A DNA stretch of 64,000 nt, from positions 9,548,001-9,612,000 of the forward strand of contig CM114271.1 in NCBI GenBank assembly GCA_050084515.1, given 5' to 3'. The notes beneath the pieces are model-generated. The model saw only the letters and a program-made list of their open reading frames with translations, made no database searches and had not been told where the DNA came from. Below, piece by piece: positions 1 to 11,833 of this stretch. Position 1 is the first letter of the stretch; each line of letters starts with the position of its first letter. This stretch comes from Blasia pusilla (taxonomy: Eukaryota). Made by a program: the position numbers and the translations under genes.

Positions 1-14
1 CCCCGGGAATTTAC

Positions 15-392
15 ATGCAAGACGGTACCCCACTTCTTGGAGGAAGGGAAAAGTCGCCAGCCCTGATGCAAACGCTCATCGATCTCTGCTCAAGGCCGGG
101 TGGATTGGTGTTTGACTTAGTGGGACTTTCAGGGGCGAGTATCAAAGGCGCCTGGCAGAGTGGCAGGAACATTCTCTGCCTCGAGGGAAGGCAGGAACTG
201 TTTGACCTTTGCAAGGAGGCAAAGGCAGAATACGAAAGGCTCGTTGGGGCGTTCAACTCTCCACCGAAGCCGAGAGCTCCGGTTCCAAACTCACCATTGG
301 TAGTGACACCATCGTCACTTCCAACGATTCCGAACATCGGGAGGGCAAGGCCGAAAGTAATTTTGCAAGAGCTCTCGGAAGATGACGAGTGA
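15..392 (+). pseudogene. C-terminal part of MULE accessory gene, N4C/N6A amino-methyltransferase-like (motifs X, I, II)
   Basis: EKSPALMQTLIDLCSRPGGLVFDLVGLSGASIKGAWQSGRNILCLE resembles the beta-class MTase tail QKPxxLxxxLIxxxSxPGDxVLDPFxGSGTTxxAAxxxGRxxIGxE. Closely similar to 17580-17765(-). Confidence 0.65.
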
Positions 393-429
393 GTTCAAAG
401 AACTCAAGGACCCAACTTGACTACAGCGT

Positions 430-1560
430 TTGGAGTAGGGAGTTATTTGATGATGAGGCAAAAGATTTCATAGAATAGATCAAATGTACAGTTCCAAACT
501 TTTTTCGGATGTAATAAAGGAGAAGATTTTTTCGAACGATGGTGGTGTTTCAAAAATTTTGTTGAATATCTTTTATGTCTTTTCGAATGTGATCTTCTAT
601 GTACTCCGCGGACTTTTATTTTGCAACCCGTCTGATTTCTCCTGCTTGAAACTTTTCACTTTATGACCACTGCACCTTTTTAACCACTTCTAGGCAACCT
701 GTCGGATTCCGACACATTGCCTGATCGGACTCTTTCCCTGTTGGTCCAACTTAAGAGGCAGTCTGGCAGGCTTCTTCACTTTGGCACCTTCCCCTCAACT
801 TGTAAAAGAAGGCGTAGGCTTCTTTTCTTCTCTCAGACGTGTTGGATTTCTACTACCTGTGGGATTGCCATCATGGTATTACCAAGGACGGAGCACATAT
901 TGATACTGGATGGGTGTCACATTGCAGAGCGTACAAGATATACTACCAAGGAAGGCGGTGGGACTCAAATCAGGTTACATGGGACCATTATGGTGTACCT
1001 AAGGGGGGGGCCAAGGCTCTCGAATTCGCCAACATTTTTTATCCCCGTCTACAATCAGCCAGAGGAGCCACTTGTATCCTAGGACATTCCTTTTGTAAAG
1101 GAACCTAGGAGAGTTAGGACTAAATTTGTAGATGACGAGGCTGAAGAAATCATAGACTAGGTCAAATGTACATTTCCGAGGTTCCTTCGGAGGTAATAAA
1201 GGACGAGATTTTTTCAACCGATAATGGTGTTTGTAAAAGTTTGCTGGAAAATTTTTTTGGACTTGTGGATTGTGTTCTTTTAGCTACTCAAAATTACAAT
1301 TTTGCAACCCGTATGATTCCGACGGGTTGCAACTTTAAGATTTTTACCCACTGCAACTTTTTAACCATTTCAGGCAAGTCGCCGGATTCGGCAGTTGGTC
1401 GCTTGAGTGATTGGACTCTTTCCCTGTGAGACCAACTTCTGACGCATTGTGGTGGGCTTCTTAACTTTTGGCTCGTTCCCCTATATTCGTCAAACCAGTT
1501 GTAGGCTTCTTTTCTTGTCTAAGATGTGCAGGATTCCTACTACCTGTCGGATTGCCATTT
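430..1560. repeat. Diverged direct duplication (~430-880 vs ~1110-1560) inside MULE copy 1
   Basis: GATGATGAGGCAAAAGATTTCATAGAATAGATCAAATGTACA vs GATGACGAGGCTGAAGAAATCATAGACTAGGTCAAATGTACA, followed by colinear similarity. Boundaries approximate. Confidence 0.7.
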
Positions 1561-2010
1561 CGGATGTCAAAAAGTTGGTTATGAGGCAATTCAAGGAAGG
1601 CCATGATGCAAGCAACAATCCCTGCAAAAAGAGAGGTTGGCATCGTACCGATGCGCATCCGGGTGGTCCCGCAACAAAAATACCCATGGGCACTGCTTAT
1701 TGTAGACCGAGACAGGCAATGTGAAGAAACTTAGGCTCACATGGAGAGTGATGGAAGAATGTTTATAGTGGTCTTATGATGTCTACTTTTTTTTCACCCC
1801 TGCAAAAAGGAGGTTTCTTTAGGACCAAATGTGGACCACTGCCTACTCTCTTCTAATGATTTCATGAATTTGAAAGCAAACAAAAATTTAAAATATGTCA
1901 AAAAGTTTTGAAGAGAGGAGGCGAATTTGGCCCTTTTCTTTGAAGAGAGACTCTCCTCTCTTCCTCTCTTCCTCTCCTCTCTTACTCTCTCCTGCCAGAA
2001 TACCAGGCCC

Positions 2011-2346
2011 CCCCTCCTCGACAACCGCCGTATATTCACAAATATGCTACACATGCAAGGAGTGTACACTCGTCACCATCGCTATACCACTCTAGCACCA
2101 GCTACTACTCGATACCCAACACCCTCAATGATACGAGACAAGTGGGGAAAATAGACTCGAATGGATAACCTGAACACGCCCGCCATCAATCTACTATATG
2201 TTGACATCGCCTCCTCCATGTGGTCCGGAAACCTCCATGGTACGACCCTCTCTTTGAGCAACATGTCAAACCTCCCATCAGCATTACCGTTTGTGTCTCC
2301 ATCACGACCCTTGCATCCATAGTCGATGAAGGACTACCAAGTCGCT
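2011..2346 (-). mobile_element. 5'-UTR fragment of a DNMT/PHD-family Gypsy element (copy E)
   Basis: The reverse complement aligns by eye with 27100-27400 of the 25950 element (e.g. CAGGTTATCCATTCGAGTC vs CAGGTTACCCATTCGAGTC; ATATACGGCGGTTG). Confidence 0.7.
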
Positions 2347-2626
2347 TGTCATGCCCATACATATCACGACACAACATACATTTTTGTCAACAAACATACA
2401 CACAAACACGCACGATCCCATGCTAACTCATGGCATCCAAACAACAAGACAAGAAGTACCAAAATATCTCCAATAAATCAAGTAGATCTCATATCATTGT
2501 CTCTCTCAACATCTCACACCAAGCTCTCCATGGTGTGCACTCTCTCTCATGTCAAACCAAACCCATTCTCCTAATGAGAGGTTTGGGTTACACACACAAC
2601 GCAAGAAAGACCATAGCTCCGCCGCC

Positions 2627-3753
2627 TGTAATGTCTAAGTGTTTCTTATTTACAGTCAATTGTAGAGTTCGATCCCCAAGAGGATCATTGTTGGATGAAA
2701 AGAGAGTATAAAGTGATGATTATGTTGTAAAAGTGTAATTGGTTATGTAATTCGAATGCAATATTCCAGTATCAACTTCCGATCCTTCTTAGTACCTAGG
2801 TTTTCTTCTTCAATTCTCTCGAGTGGAGTTTAAAGGACGCTCAGGAAATTTGTTTTCTCAACATTTCGGAACCTCACAGAGTCCTCAAGAATAAAGCTGG
2901 CTTCTCTTACTTTCGGAACTCAATCCGTCAGGGCAGGTTACTCTCTGTCAAACAGATTTCATACAACTTTATATTGATTATTCCATTGATGAGAAAGGTT
3001 CGCTTGATTCACTCTTCACTTAGCAGACCCAAAAAGAATGTTCAGACATAAGCATCGCACATCAGAATGAATGAATGAATGCTTTACTACTCCATCAAGA
3101 ATTGGAAGACTTCAAAGTATCTACAAGCTCGAGAGGGTACAACTCTCTTGCTCGGACCATTCCTACAGCATAAGGACTTCATGAGCGAATGATGCTAATA
3201 GCTTCTGTCCTATTTCTTAAATATTCTCGAGAGTAGGATCGTTTCTATGATCCGAAGCGTTCTTGATGAAGGGTGTCTTTTCAATATTTGTAACTACCTA
3301 GATCTATGGTTCTCTTAGCTTTTCCTACGATCCCTATGAATCCGCGGTACAAAACCGTCCTAACTACCAATTTGATATATAGGGTCGCGCCCTTTCCTAG
3401 CCTCATTCTGTAAACTATGTGTCGTTTCGAATCTCAATCATGCTGAGCTTCGCTGTGCTAAATTTCCGGAGGACGAAGTTCTTCTTTCTTCTTCGTGCTT
3501 CGTTCAAGAGCAAGGTACTTCGTATATAGAGCTTCGTTGAGCTTCGCGTTGATCCTTTATACTTCTTTACAACTTTTGATTCTCCTCTAAGGCAAATCCT
3601 TGATCTTTATCTCTCTGCCTTGTCTTCGGAGCTTGGTGATTCACTTATTCTTCTTCATATTAATAGATAATCATAATCAAAATCATAATATACAAGAGTA
3701 TTCGTTGAATAAAAAGATATATTCTTCAAGATTACAAAATTGTGGGTATCACA
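2627..3753 (-). repeat. 3' LTR of element A
   Basis: TGTAATGTCTAAG...GGGTATCACA on the + strand; direct repeat of 11834-12962. Confidence 0.95.
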
Positions 3754-3769
3754 TACCCCCTCCCTCAAA
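3754..3769 (-). promoter_or_regulatory. Polypurine tract of element A
   Basis: Minus strand TTTGAGGGAGGGGGTA abuts the 3' LTR. Confidence 0.85.
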
Positions 3770-3792
3770 TGTGAGCCGCCCGGGCAAACACT

Positions 3793-5351
3793 TCATGATG
3801 TATCTGCTATCTCCATAAATGTGTCGTCTAAACTATCAAATTCAGGGGTAGGCACCAAACGGCCATGAATCGTAGAAGGTTTGTTGATAATGTTAGGGGT
3901 ATGATTGCGCATTCTTTCTCGCGACTTGTTAACAACTAAGTGACTCACGAGGACTTCATTCTGGACTAAGACATCAGATGGAGTGAATGCTGGTAATTCT
4001 TCAAGAGTAATGGAAAGAGTGGGTACTACTTCTGGAAGAGATTTAGTATGATTGTCGAATTGGCGCTTCCAATGTTTGTTGATGTAGTCGATTTCCTCAT
4101 TCATCTGCTCTTCAAAGTTCTTGCTTGCTTTGTCGACCAGCTCTTTGACATCGTCCGGATCCATCTGGGCTTCATTGAGTAGCTTCTGCTCTGCCTCCAA
4201 GACTGTGATCCTCCCGGTAGCCTCCGTGCCAGTAAGTCTTTGTTCGCTTCTTGATGTTCTTGAAGCAGCTTCGAAGACTCGGCATGCTCGATCGACAACT
4301 TCTTGAATTCGGTGTGAACGTGCTATATCTGATGTCGATACTTCATGTCGTCTGCCGTCTGCGACATGAGACGAAGCGTAGGTTGATGATCCCTTGCCCG
4401 CAGGTCTCGTCGGAATCCTCCTGCATGACAGGTTCTGGGTCCAGGGGTGATTCAAAATTGACTCGGCTTCGCTTTGGCGAGGCATTTTCGTCGATAGCCG
4501 TCTTTCTTCAAAGCCGAAGTGTGCGGATGTTGCTGAGGTGCTTCGGAGGGTGGGGTGACTTCGCGGCTACCCCTGGTACTAGTTGCGCCTTTCCGTGGTA
4601 GTCAGACGGGGGTCACTTGCGACCAGTCTAACGCCTCCTCTGCGGTCAATTCCTGCTTGTGAATATAAAGGTGAAGCAAGAAAGGAGATAGGAAGGACTT
4701 CGTGCTTGGATGAAGCACGTCCACCATTCCTCGTACGTGCCCGTCCACTAAAGCAGCAAAGTCGACTCCTGGGGCTTCGGGGTCAAGGTGTTGATTCCAG
4801 ATGATGTAGCACATCTTCAAGATCTTGTTCGTCAGATAGTAAGAACGAGCGGGATAAAACAGGGTCATCAGATGTTTGCAAAACTGACCAAAGACGGGCG
4901 GAGAGAGTGACGAAGCCTTGTAGCCGTTCCTGCCCAGGCGCTCAGACGTGACACAGCCGAGTGCTAAAAGATCTTCATGTTTGACGAGCAACTCTCTGTC
5001 ATATTCGTACTCTGGCGCAGCCGGGAGCAAATAAGTTGCTCTCCAGTCGTCCGCCATCCAGTGTTGGGGCTGAGCTTGATACCGAAGATCCTTCTTTCGA
5101 AATTTGGCGACTATAGACGCCGAGCGAAGCTCGCCCAGGAGTTCTCCGGATGTTAGAGTCCAGTTGGCTTGAAAGAAAGTTGCCAACAATCGCTCCTCCA
5201 GCGCTTCGATCAGCTCCGGTGACAGCTTGACCGTCGGCATCGCTGCGCTTCGCAGAATGGGTATGGCGTCTTTGCGAGGCATGTTGCTAGGTCGATGTCG
5301 ATGGACACCGCGCTTTGGCCTGCTACGCAATTGCGTGGTGATCCCGTCCAT
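3793..5351 (-). pseudogene. Extra 3' ORF of element A (unknown function, env-like position), frameshifted near 4600
   Basis: ORFs 4602-5438 and 3793-4485 lie on the pol strand between the integrase stop and the PPT. The likely start is ATG 5351 (MDGITT). Confidence 0.65.
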
Positions 5352-5486
5352 GAAAATACCCGCTTGGGTATGCCAGACTGCTCTTATAGTCCGCTCCCCC
5401 CCTGTCCGTTCTTGGTCGTGGCATCGGGGCTGTAACAAGAAAGTGGGCGCTTCGCGGCTTCGCCACGCTTCTCCTTCCTATCTTCC

Positions 5487-5667
5487 TGCGCTTCGCTGCT
5501 TCGCGAAGCATGGGCTGTCTGGAACCTCGGTGCTTCGCTACTTGGCGGAGCACTGTATAGTTTGAACTTCTGTGCTTCGCTACTTCGCGAAGCATTGTAT
5601 ATCTTCTGTGCTTCGTGACTTTGCGAAGCACGATATATCTTCTGTGCTTCGTGACTTCGCGAAGCAT
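5487..5667. repeat. ~5 copies of a ~36-bp hairpin-containing tandem repeat
   Basis: Unit CTTCTGTGCTTCGCTACTTCGCGAAGCATTGTATAT with an internal stem TGCTTCGC/GCGAAGCA. Confidence 0.85.
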
Positions 5668-5697
5668 GGGGCGTTCGCCTACCCCCTTCCTCATGTT

Positions 5698-8600
5698 TCA
5701 GTCATCCTCAGGTTCGGGCTCATAATACCGACACACATGCATTCCATTGACTCGCGTGGGTAGGGATTCTCCCTGTAAGGTTTCTAATTGGAGGGATCCA
5801 TTATCATAGATGGCCAATACCCGGTAGGGTCCCATCCAATTTAATTTTAATTTTCCGGGGAACTTTAGTCGGCGGTTATCATACAATAGCACTAAGTCGC
5901 CAACATTGATAGATTGTGGCCGGAGATGTCGATCGTAACGTTTCTTACGTTCTTTTGCACTTGGGTCGTCTGTCGTCGTAACGCGAGCATGCGTGCTTCT
6001 TCCAACTCCACTAGAGTCTCATTCCTGTGTTCGATAACTTCATCCGCAGCTTCCGTTCTTGTGCCCTCCAATACCCGATAAGTGGGCAACGCCCATTGAA
6101 TAGGTGTTAAGGGATGTACGCCATAAGTCAGGAAGAACGGGGTGTAGTTTGTCGTCACCTTCTCAGCTATTCGGTACGCCCATAATGCTGGGGCAACTTT
6201 TGTGTCCCAATCATAGGAATAGGTTACCGTTAATCGATTCAATATTCGGCAAATGAGGCCGTTCGATTTTTCCGTCAACCCGTTGGCTTTAGGGTTGTAG
6301 GGAGTGGTTTTCCGATGCTTAATGAGAAAGTGGGAAGTGAGAGACTCAATAGTCTGGTTGAGGAAGTGCGTCCCCCGGTCACTGACTAGTTCCAACGGAC
6401 AGCCATAACGCGTGATAATCATCTCGTATAAAAACTTAGCCTTTGCTTTTTCTTTGTCATCTTTCCGCGTGGCTACTGCTTCAACCATCTTAGTACAATA
6501 GTCCGTGGCGATAAGAATATACTTCCGCCGGGTTTGGCGAGTGGCCGAGGAGATAGGGCCTACGAAGTCAATGCCCCATTTTTCAAAAGGAGCTAGGGGC
6601 ATGATGGGGACCAAAGGCCACCGCGTAGTCGCCGTGGGTCGACCTGCCCTTAGAAAGGCATCACAACTCCGAATAAAATTACCTACGTCTTTGTACATAG
6701 TCGGCCACCAATATCGTGCGGCCAAAATTTTCTTCACAGTTTTTTTTACCGCATAGTGTCCACCGGAATCAGCCATATGCAGAGCTCTGATGACCTAGGG
6801 AACCTCTTCAGCTTCCAAGCATCTTCGATGCTCTTCATCAGCACCTAATTTGAATAAGACCCCTTGACAGAGCTCATAAGGGCCTATCCGATGTAAAAAA
6901 AAGCTGCGCGTTCTTCGTCATCGGACAGAAGTCGCAGAGTCATTAGAAAACGCAGAATATCCGTGATACAACGATCGGCTCAACGTTCCTCGTTATCCGG
7001 AAAGATCTTCATCGGAAAGGTATCATCGATGATTGGGTGAGGTCGCGTTTGTCATCCTCAACCGGGAAAGAAAATCGGCATTGGTATGCACCTTGCCGCA
7101 CGGGTCACCACATCGAATGTAGCAACAAGATCCACCGTGCAATGCGCCCTGACAGTCGGCTTTCACCATTAAGGGTCCGAGTGCAAAATGATCCACATGA
7201 AAGACAAATTCGTACCTAATAAATAGTGTCGGAACTTTTTACGAGAAGACCATGCCTAACGCCTCTCGTTCGGTGGTTGTATATTTTCGCTCTGCCGCCG
7301 ATAGTTGTCGGCCGGCGAGTAAATTGAAAATCATGTTTGTGCTCATCCAATTGGTGAGCACTACTCCAATGGCAAATGAGGACGTGTCTACATACACGTG
7401 GAAGGGTTTGGTCCAATCGGGGACCGGAAATGCACAGAGCCTTTTGCAATGCGTCTTTTAAGGTGTCGAATGCCACTTGGCACGCGGTGTCCACTCCCAT
7501 TCGGTGGTCTTCTTAAGTAATGCAAGAAGAGCGCTGCTTTTACCGCCTAATCTTTAATGAACCGTCGATAATACCTGACATGTCCCAAGAATCCTCTCAA
7601 TTTCCAGAGATTAGTGGATGGTTCCAATGCAACGATAATATCCACCTTGGCCTTGTCGACCTCAATTCCTTGCGCCGACACTCGGTGTCCCAGCAGAATT
7701 CCTTGTTTCATAGCGATATAGGATTTGTCCGGATGAAGGGACAAATGCACTTTCAGCGACGAGCGTCTGAGTGTTAACTCTAACTTTTCAAGATGTTCGG
7801 CCTCCGTGCTAAAGATACAAAAATCGTCTAAAAAGATTTCGACGAACTTCCGAAGATACTCCTAGAAGATGGAGATCATCATCCGTTGGAAAGTAGCTGG
7901 GGCATTGCACAACCCAAAAGGCATTACGCGATATGCGAAAGTTCCCCAGGTTGTCGTGTGAATGTTGTGAGGGGACGATCCTTTTCTCTTATGGATACCT
8001 GGTTGTACCCCGAATACCCGTCCAAAAAGGTATAACGCTCGTGCCCGGCCACTTTATCCAAAATACTGTCGGTGAAAGGTAGAGGATGGTGGTCTTTTAA
8101 GGTGGCCGCATTTAATTTCCGATAGTCCAAGCACACTCGGATTTTGCCCATTTGTTTTTTAGGCACAATTACAATGGGCGACACCCACTCGCTGCTTAAC
8201 ACCGGATAGATTATTCCTGCCTCGAGACGCTGATCGATCTCGTCCTTGACTAACAATGAGTACTTTGGGTTCAGTCGATATTGTCGCATTCTTTAAGATC
8301 AATTCGGTGTTCACCATATTGTGCGGGAATGCCTCTCATTTCATCCATAGAGTATGCAAAGACATCCAAATACTCAAACAGTAGTCTTTTATATTTTATA
8401 AGTGTGGTAGGAGACAAATCCGCCGAAAGGCGTAGAGATTTTTTATATGCAATATTGACCTGGACATAGTCCTGCTCCTGAACCATGTTTTCGGTAAACT
8501 GGAAGGTGCTATGACCTAGCTTCTCTTCCTCTCGAGTCGACCTTGGCTTGGAGGGTACTGCCTCCTCATCTATTTCATAACATTCAAAGTAATATACATT

Positions 8601-11055
8601 GGACGAGGACTCAGTAGCGGTGGTGTTGTCTTGATCTGACGTATAGCCGTCGTCAGTCGGTGGCGTCTCTCCTTGGGGTGGTCGAGATTTCCACGACAGC
8701 TTGATGAGCCGCTTCGAGTCCTGATTCGGCGCCTGGAACGTGAACCGACGCCTTTTCCAATCTGTAGTCACTCTCGCGCCATACAACCAGGGTCTTCCGA
8801 TGAGCAAAGGATAGCCCGTTGCGGTCAGGGGCTGTAAGACTAAGTAGTCCAACATAAACAACACCCCCCCGAGCATGGTCGGAATTTGCGTGAGATGTCC
8901 AAGGGGTCTCTTCCGGGATTGATCCGCGAACCGCAAGTACTTGTCCGTGGGTTCGTACATCGTGTACCCTAGGGCCCGAGCTGTTTGCTCCGTCATAATA
9001 TTGATTCCGCTTTCGGAATCAATGGGGACCTTCTTAATGGTATGGCCCTCAATCTCCACCTCCACTTCGGGGGCTCCCAAGTCCTCGACTTCGATCTGAA
9101 CAGTCCACCATCGGCGCTTGCCGCTGCCTTCCTGGGTCTTTTTGCGGCTGATTTTCCACCATCAGTAGGATTTTTTCCGATATCTTGGGTTATCCATTAG
9201 CAACTGCAGCAGTGTTATGTTGGCCGGGGTTGACGCCAAGTCCCTCAGTAAATCGTACGCTTCTAGGACCAGTGGTGATGTCGCCATGGCTTGGATTGTC
9301 GTACTTGGGTTGGCCTTTGCCTTCTCTGGGGTCTGTTTCCCCTCTGGTTCCTGGGCCTCCCGCACTTGAGCACGGACCTGGTCCTCCACGTCCTGATGGA
9401 AGTATTTCGGATGACTTCGGTCAAAGGCTAGGTCCACATCGCCTTTGAGGATGGCCTTTCCGGCACGTAAGGTGTTCACCGCTTTGTTCTTGGGCTCCCA
9501 AGCTTCGCGTGAAGACGAAGCACCCTTCTTTACCTTTGGGGTCCCCGCGGTCTGACTCTTTGATCTCATGGTGACCGCCAACACTGTTTCTTGAAATTCT
9601 TTGGGCCAGTCCGTTGATTCTTCGTGGGCCCCTTGGGTCGAGTCTTCCTCGCTGATGGTGACTCGCTTTGGTCTCGGGGACACTACTTCTTCCACCCGGA
9701 CCAGTTGTACATTTACATCGTTCTTGGGCTCTGGTTGAGCCGCTGGAGTATTTACATTCCTGACCAACAAACGTGGGACCTTAGGCTCCGGGCATTCCAC
9801 GGCCGTGTGCCCGCCCTTCTTTGCGATTCCGCGATAAGGGATTGAGTCCCACTGGTTGCTTCGGGTTTGGGCAATTATTGGCCCAGTGGTTTGCTGTGCC
9901 ACAGTTATAACAACAATTTCTCTTGATGGGTGGCGTGAAGGCCGCCGCACCCATAATCTGTCTCAGGGGTCTCTGTTCCCCGTATTCCGGAGGTACATAC
10001 CGCGTGATCCAGCTTCTTCCAGGGTTTGGGGGTGGCACTGCTTGCATGGCATAGCACCCTTCCCACTATTCTGGTTCATACCATCCTTCTTCAATAGGGG
10101 CCTCTTCCTGGACCCACCGCAGATCCCGCTGAGCAGGGCATTCTTGTACAGTATGCCCCTGGGTTCCACAACTACTACACCAAACGTTGGGCCTCATCAG
10201 CCCGGGTCGTCTTCTGGGGTCCTTCTGGGCCGCCAGATGTACCTTCAACTCAGCCATTTGTTTACTGAGTTCCTCCATGGCCGATTTGCCGGCCTTCCTT
10301 GCCGTCCCTCTTACCGGACTTTCCGACCGCTGAGGACGACGCTTGGTACTTGGTCGGGTTTTAGTGAGGTGCTTGGGGGAGCGATGACGCATGCTCTTCC
10401 CTTTCCTTTTAGCTTTTACCTCCTGCTCCGAGTCCGAGGACTTGGACGAATCCTTTGTAGAGGATTCCGTGTCGGTGGAGGACGCTTCATTTTCGGACGA
10501 AGCACTAGTCTGCGACGCCCCTCTTCATTGGTGACGTCGTCTTCGTGTTCGGCGGGACTTTTCTAAAGCTTCGTACGCCTCAGCAGAGGCTATGACTGCC
10601 TCCAGGGAATCCCGTTGACCTCTCCGGCAATACCTATCCATTTCTTTGGACAAGCCAGACACGAACCAATCTACCAATTGGGAGGTAGTCGTGTGTTCTA
10701 GCTTATTCACAAGGCTCCGGAACCGTTGGGTATATTCCCGGAGAGTTTCCTTCTTTCTTCGCTTCACGTCGCAAAGCTTTGTAAGAAGCCTGTCCTCGAA
10801 CTCCAAGTCGCGGAACTCATGTAGGAAGGATTCCATGACCCTTTTCCAGGTCTCCGTGACTTTTGCTCCGAGACCTTCATACCACTGGCTTGCTCGCTTC
10901 TTGATCAGGCCCGGGAAGACTCGTCACAAATCCTCTGCCCCTTCCCCGTTGGCTTTTGCGACATGGGTGAATTCAAGAATAAAGTTATCCACATCGTCTC
11001 GTCGGCCTCCAGCAAAGGTGGGGTACCTTAGCAGAGTTTTTCTAGTGTTGGCCAT
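5698..11055 (-). pseudogene. gag-pol of element A, multiply frameshifted
   Basis: Gag (YPTFAGGRRDDVDNFI; ETLREYTQRF). Zinc knuckles CSSCGTQGHTVQEC and CYNCGTANHWANNC. Protease (PIDSESG; LLIGRPWL). RT (RVCLDYRKLN, FLDGYSGYNQV). Integrase (WGIDFVGP, LVSDRGTHF, NGLTEKSN) and GPY/F motif WMGPYRV. Confidence 0.92.
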
Positions 11056-11796
11056 GGGCACTGCTCTCCTGCTGGCTCCCGGGCTTGATGCTCGAGAGGG
11101 AGGAGGTAAAGGTGTCGCCCGAGGTGCTCTGATCGGCTCCTTGCTCCCTGACTCTCCAAAGGGGTCCCAGGACGACTCTTTATCCGACTGCGAGCTGGCA
11201 GGGGACGTAGTGGGAAATTTGTCCCTTTCTTTCTTCTTGGTCTTCGCCTTCGAACGAGGACGAAGACTCGGAGACGAACCCGGGGTTCTCCAAGCCGGTT
11301 GCTGTTCCTGCTGCCTATTGCGCCGATCGGCTCGCTGCTCTCGCGAAGAGGGCTGAGAGCCTTCCATAAGTCTCTTGGGGGATTTGGCAACTCTCGATCA
11401 CCCCCACGGTGGCGATAGGGTAAGGGTCCATGGATGGAGGTTAACTATTGATTCTTTTTACATCTATAGGAGGGTGCCTGGTGCTCCTACGCTTCCTGCC
11501 AGGTTTTCCTCCCATAGACAGAAGTAGCGGGTTTTCACCAAGTACAACTATCGTCCATGGGCGAAGCACCGTGCGGCGACCGGTTCTTTGACCATTCTAA
11601 TTAGTTGGCCTATCTTCTCTAGCACCAATGCAGCAACTGTATTGTTATCTTCAAGCATACATTGTCTTACGGGGGTCGCTAGAGCTAGCCAATGGTCTTT
11701 AGTAAGAATTAGAATGTGGGTTGTCTAGGAGCGAAGCTTCTTTCTCCGTTCCCTACTTCCCCATGGATCTTTCTCTCCCTTCTCAGCCAAGGATAT

Positions 11797-11816
11797 GATC
11801 CCCGGCAGCGGCGCCA
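11797..11816 (-). promoter_or_regulatory. Primer binding site complementary to tRNA-Asp
   Basis: Minus strand TGGCGCCGCTGCCGGGGATC matches the plant tRNA-Asp 3' end (...GATCCCCGGCAACGGCGCCA) with one mismatch. It lies 17 nt inside the 5' LTR boundary. Confidence 0.85.
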
Positions 11817-11833
11817 AAAAGTCTTCGACTATA

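Larger units (their letters stand above)
1..2010 (-). mobile_element. MULE-family DNA transposon copy 1, terminal portion (runs off window start)
   Basis: The reverse complement of 1700-2010 (GGGCCTGGTATTCTGGCAGGAGAGAG...GAGTCTCTCTT...CCTCTCTTCAAAACTTTTTGACAT) matches the terminus of the element at 16101 and of the MITE at 42174. 1-392 and 1010-1260 match 17250-17780 of copy 2. Confidence 0.8.

Noticed and set aside
3600-3818. Recurrent ORF MIFISLPCLRSLVIHLFFF (also 12809, 14349, 47347)
   Set aside because: It recurs only because it lies in the repeated A-group LTR. It starts at a non-ATG codon and has no protein features.
9856-11356. Two 236-aa plus-strand ORFs
   Set aside because: They are antisense shadows of the GC-rich gag of element A.
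11797-11816. tRNA-Asp gene
   Set aside because: Only the 3'-terminal ~20 nt including CCA are present, which is a PBS rather than a cloverleaf.
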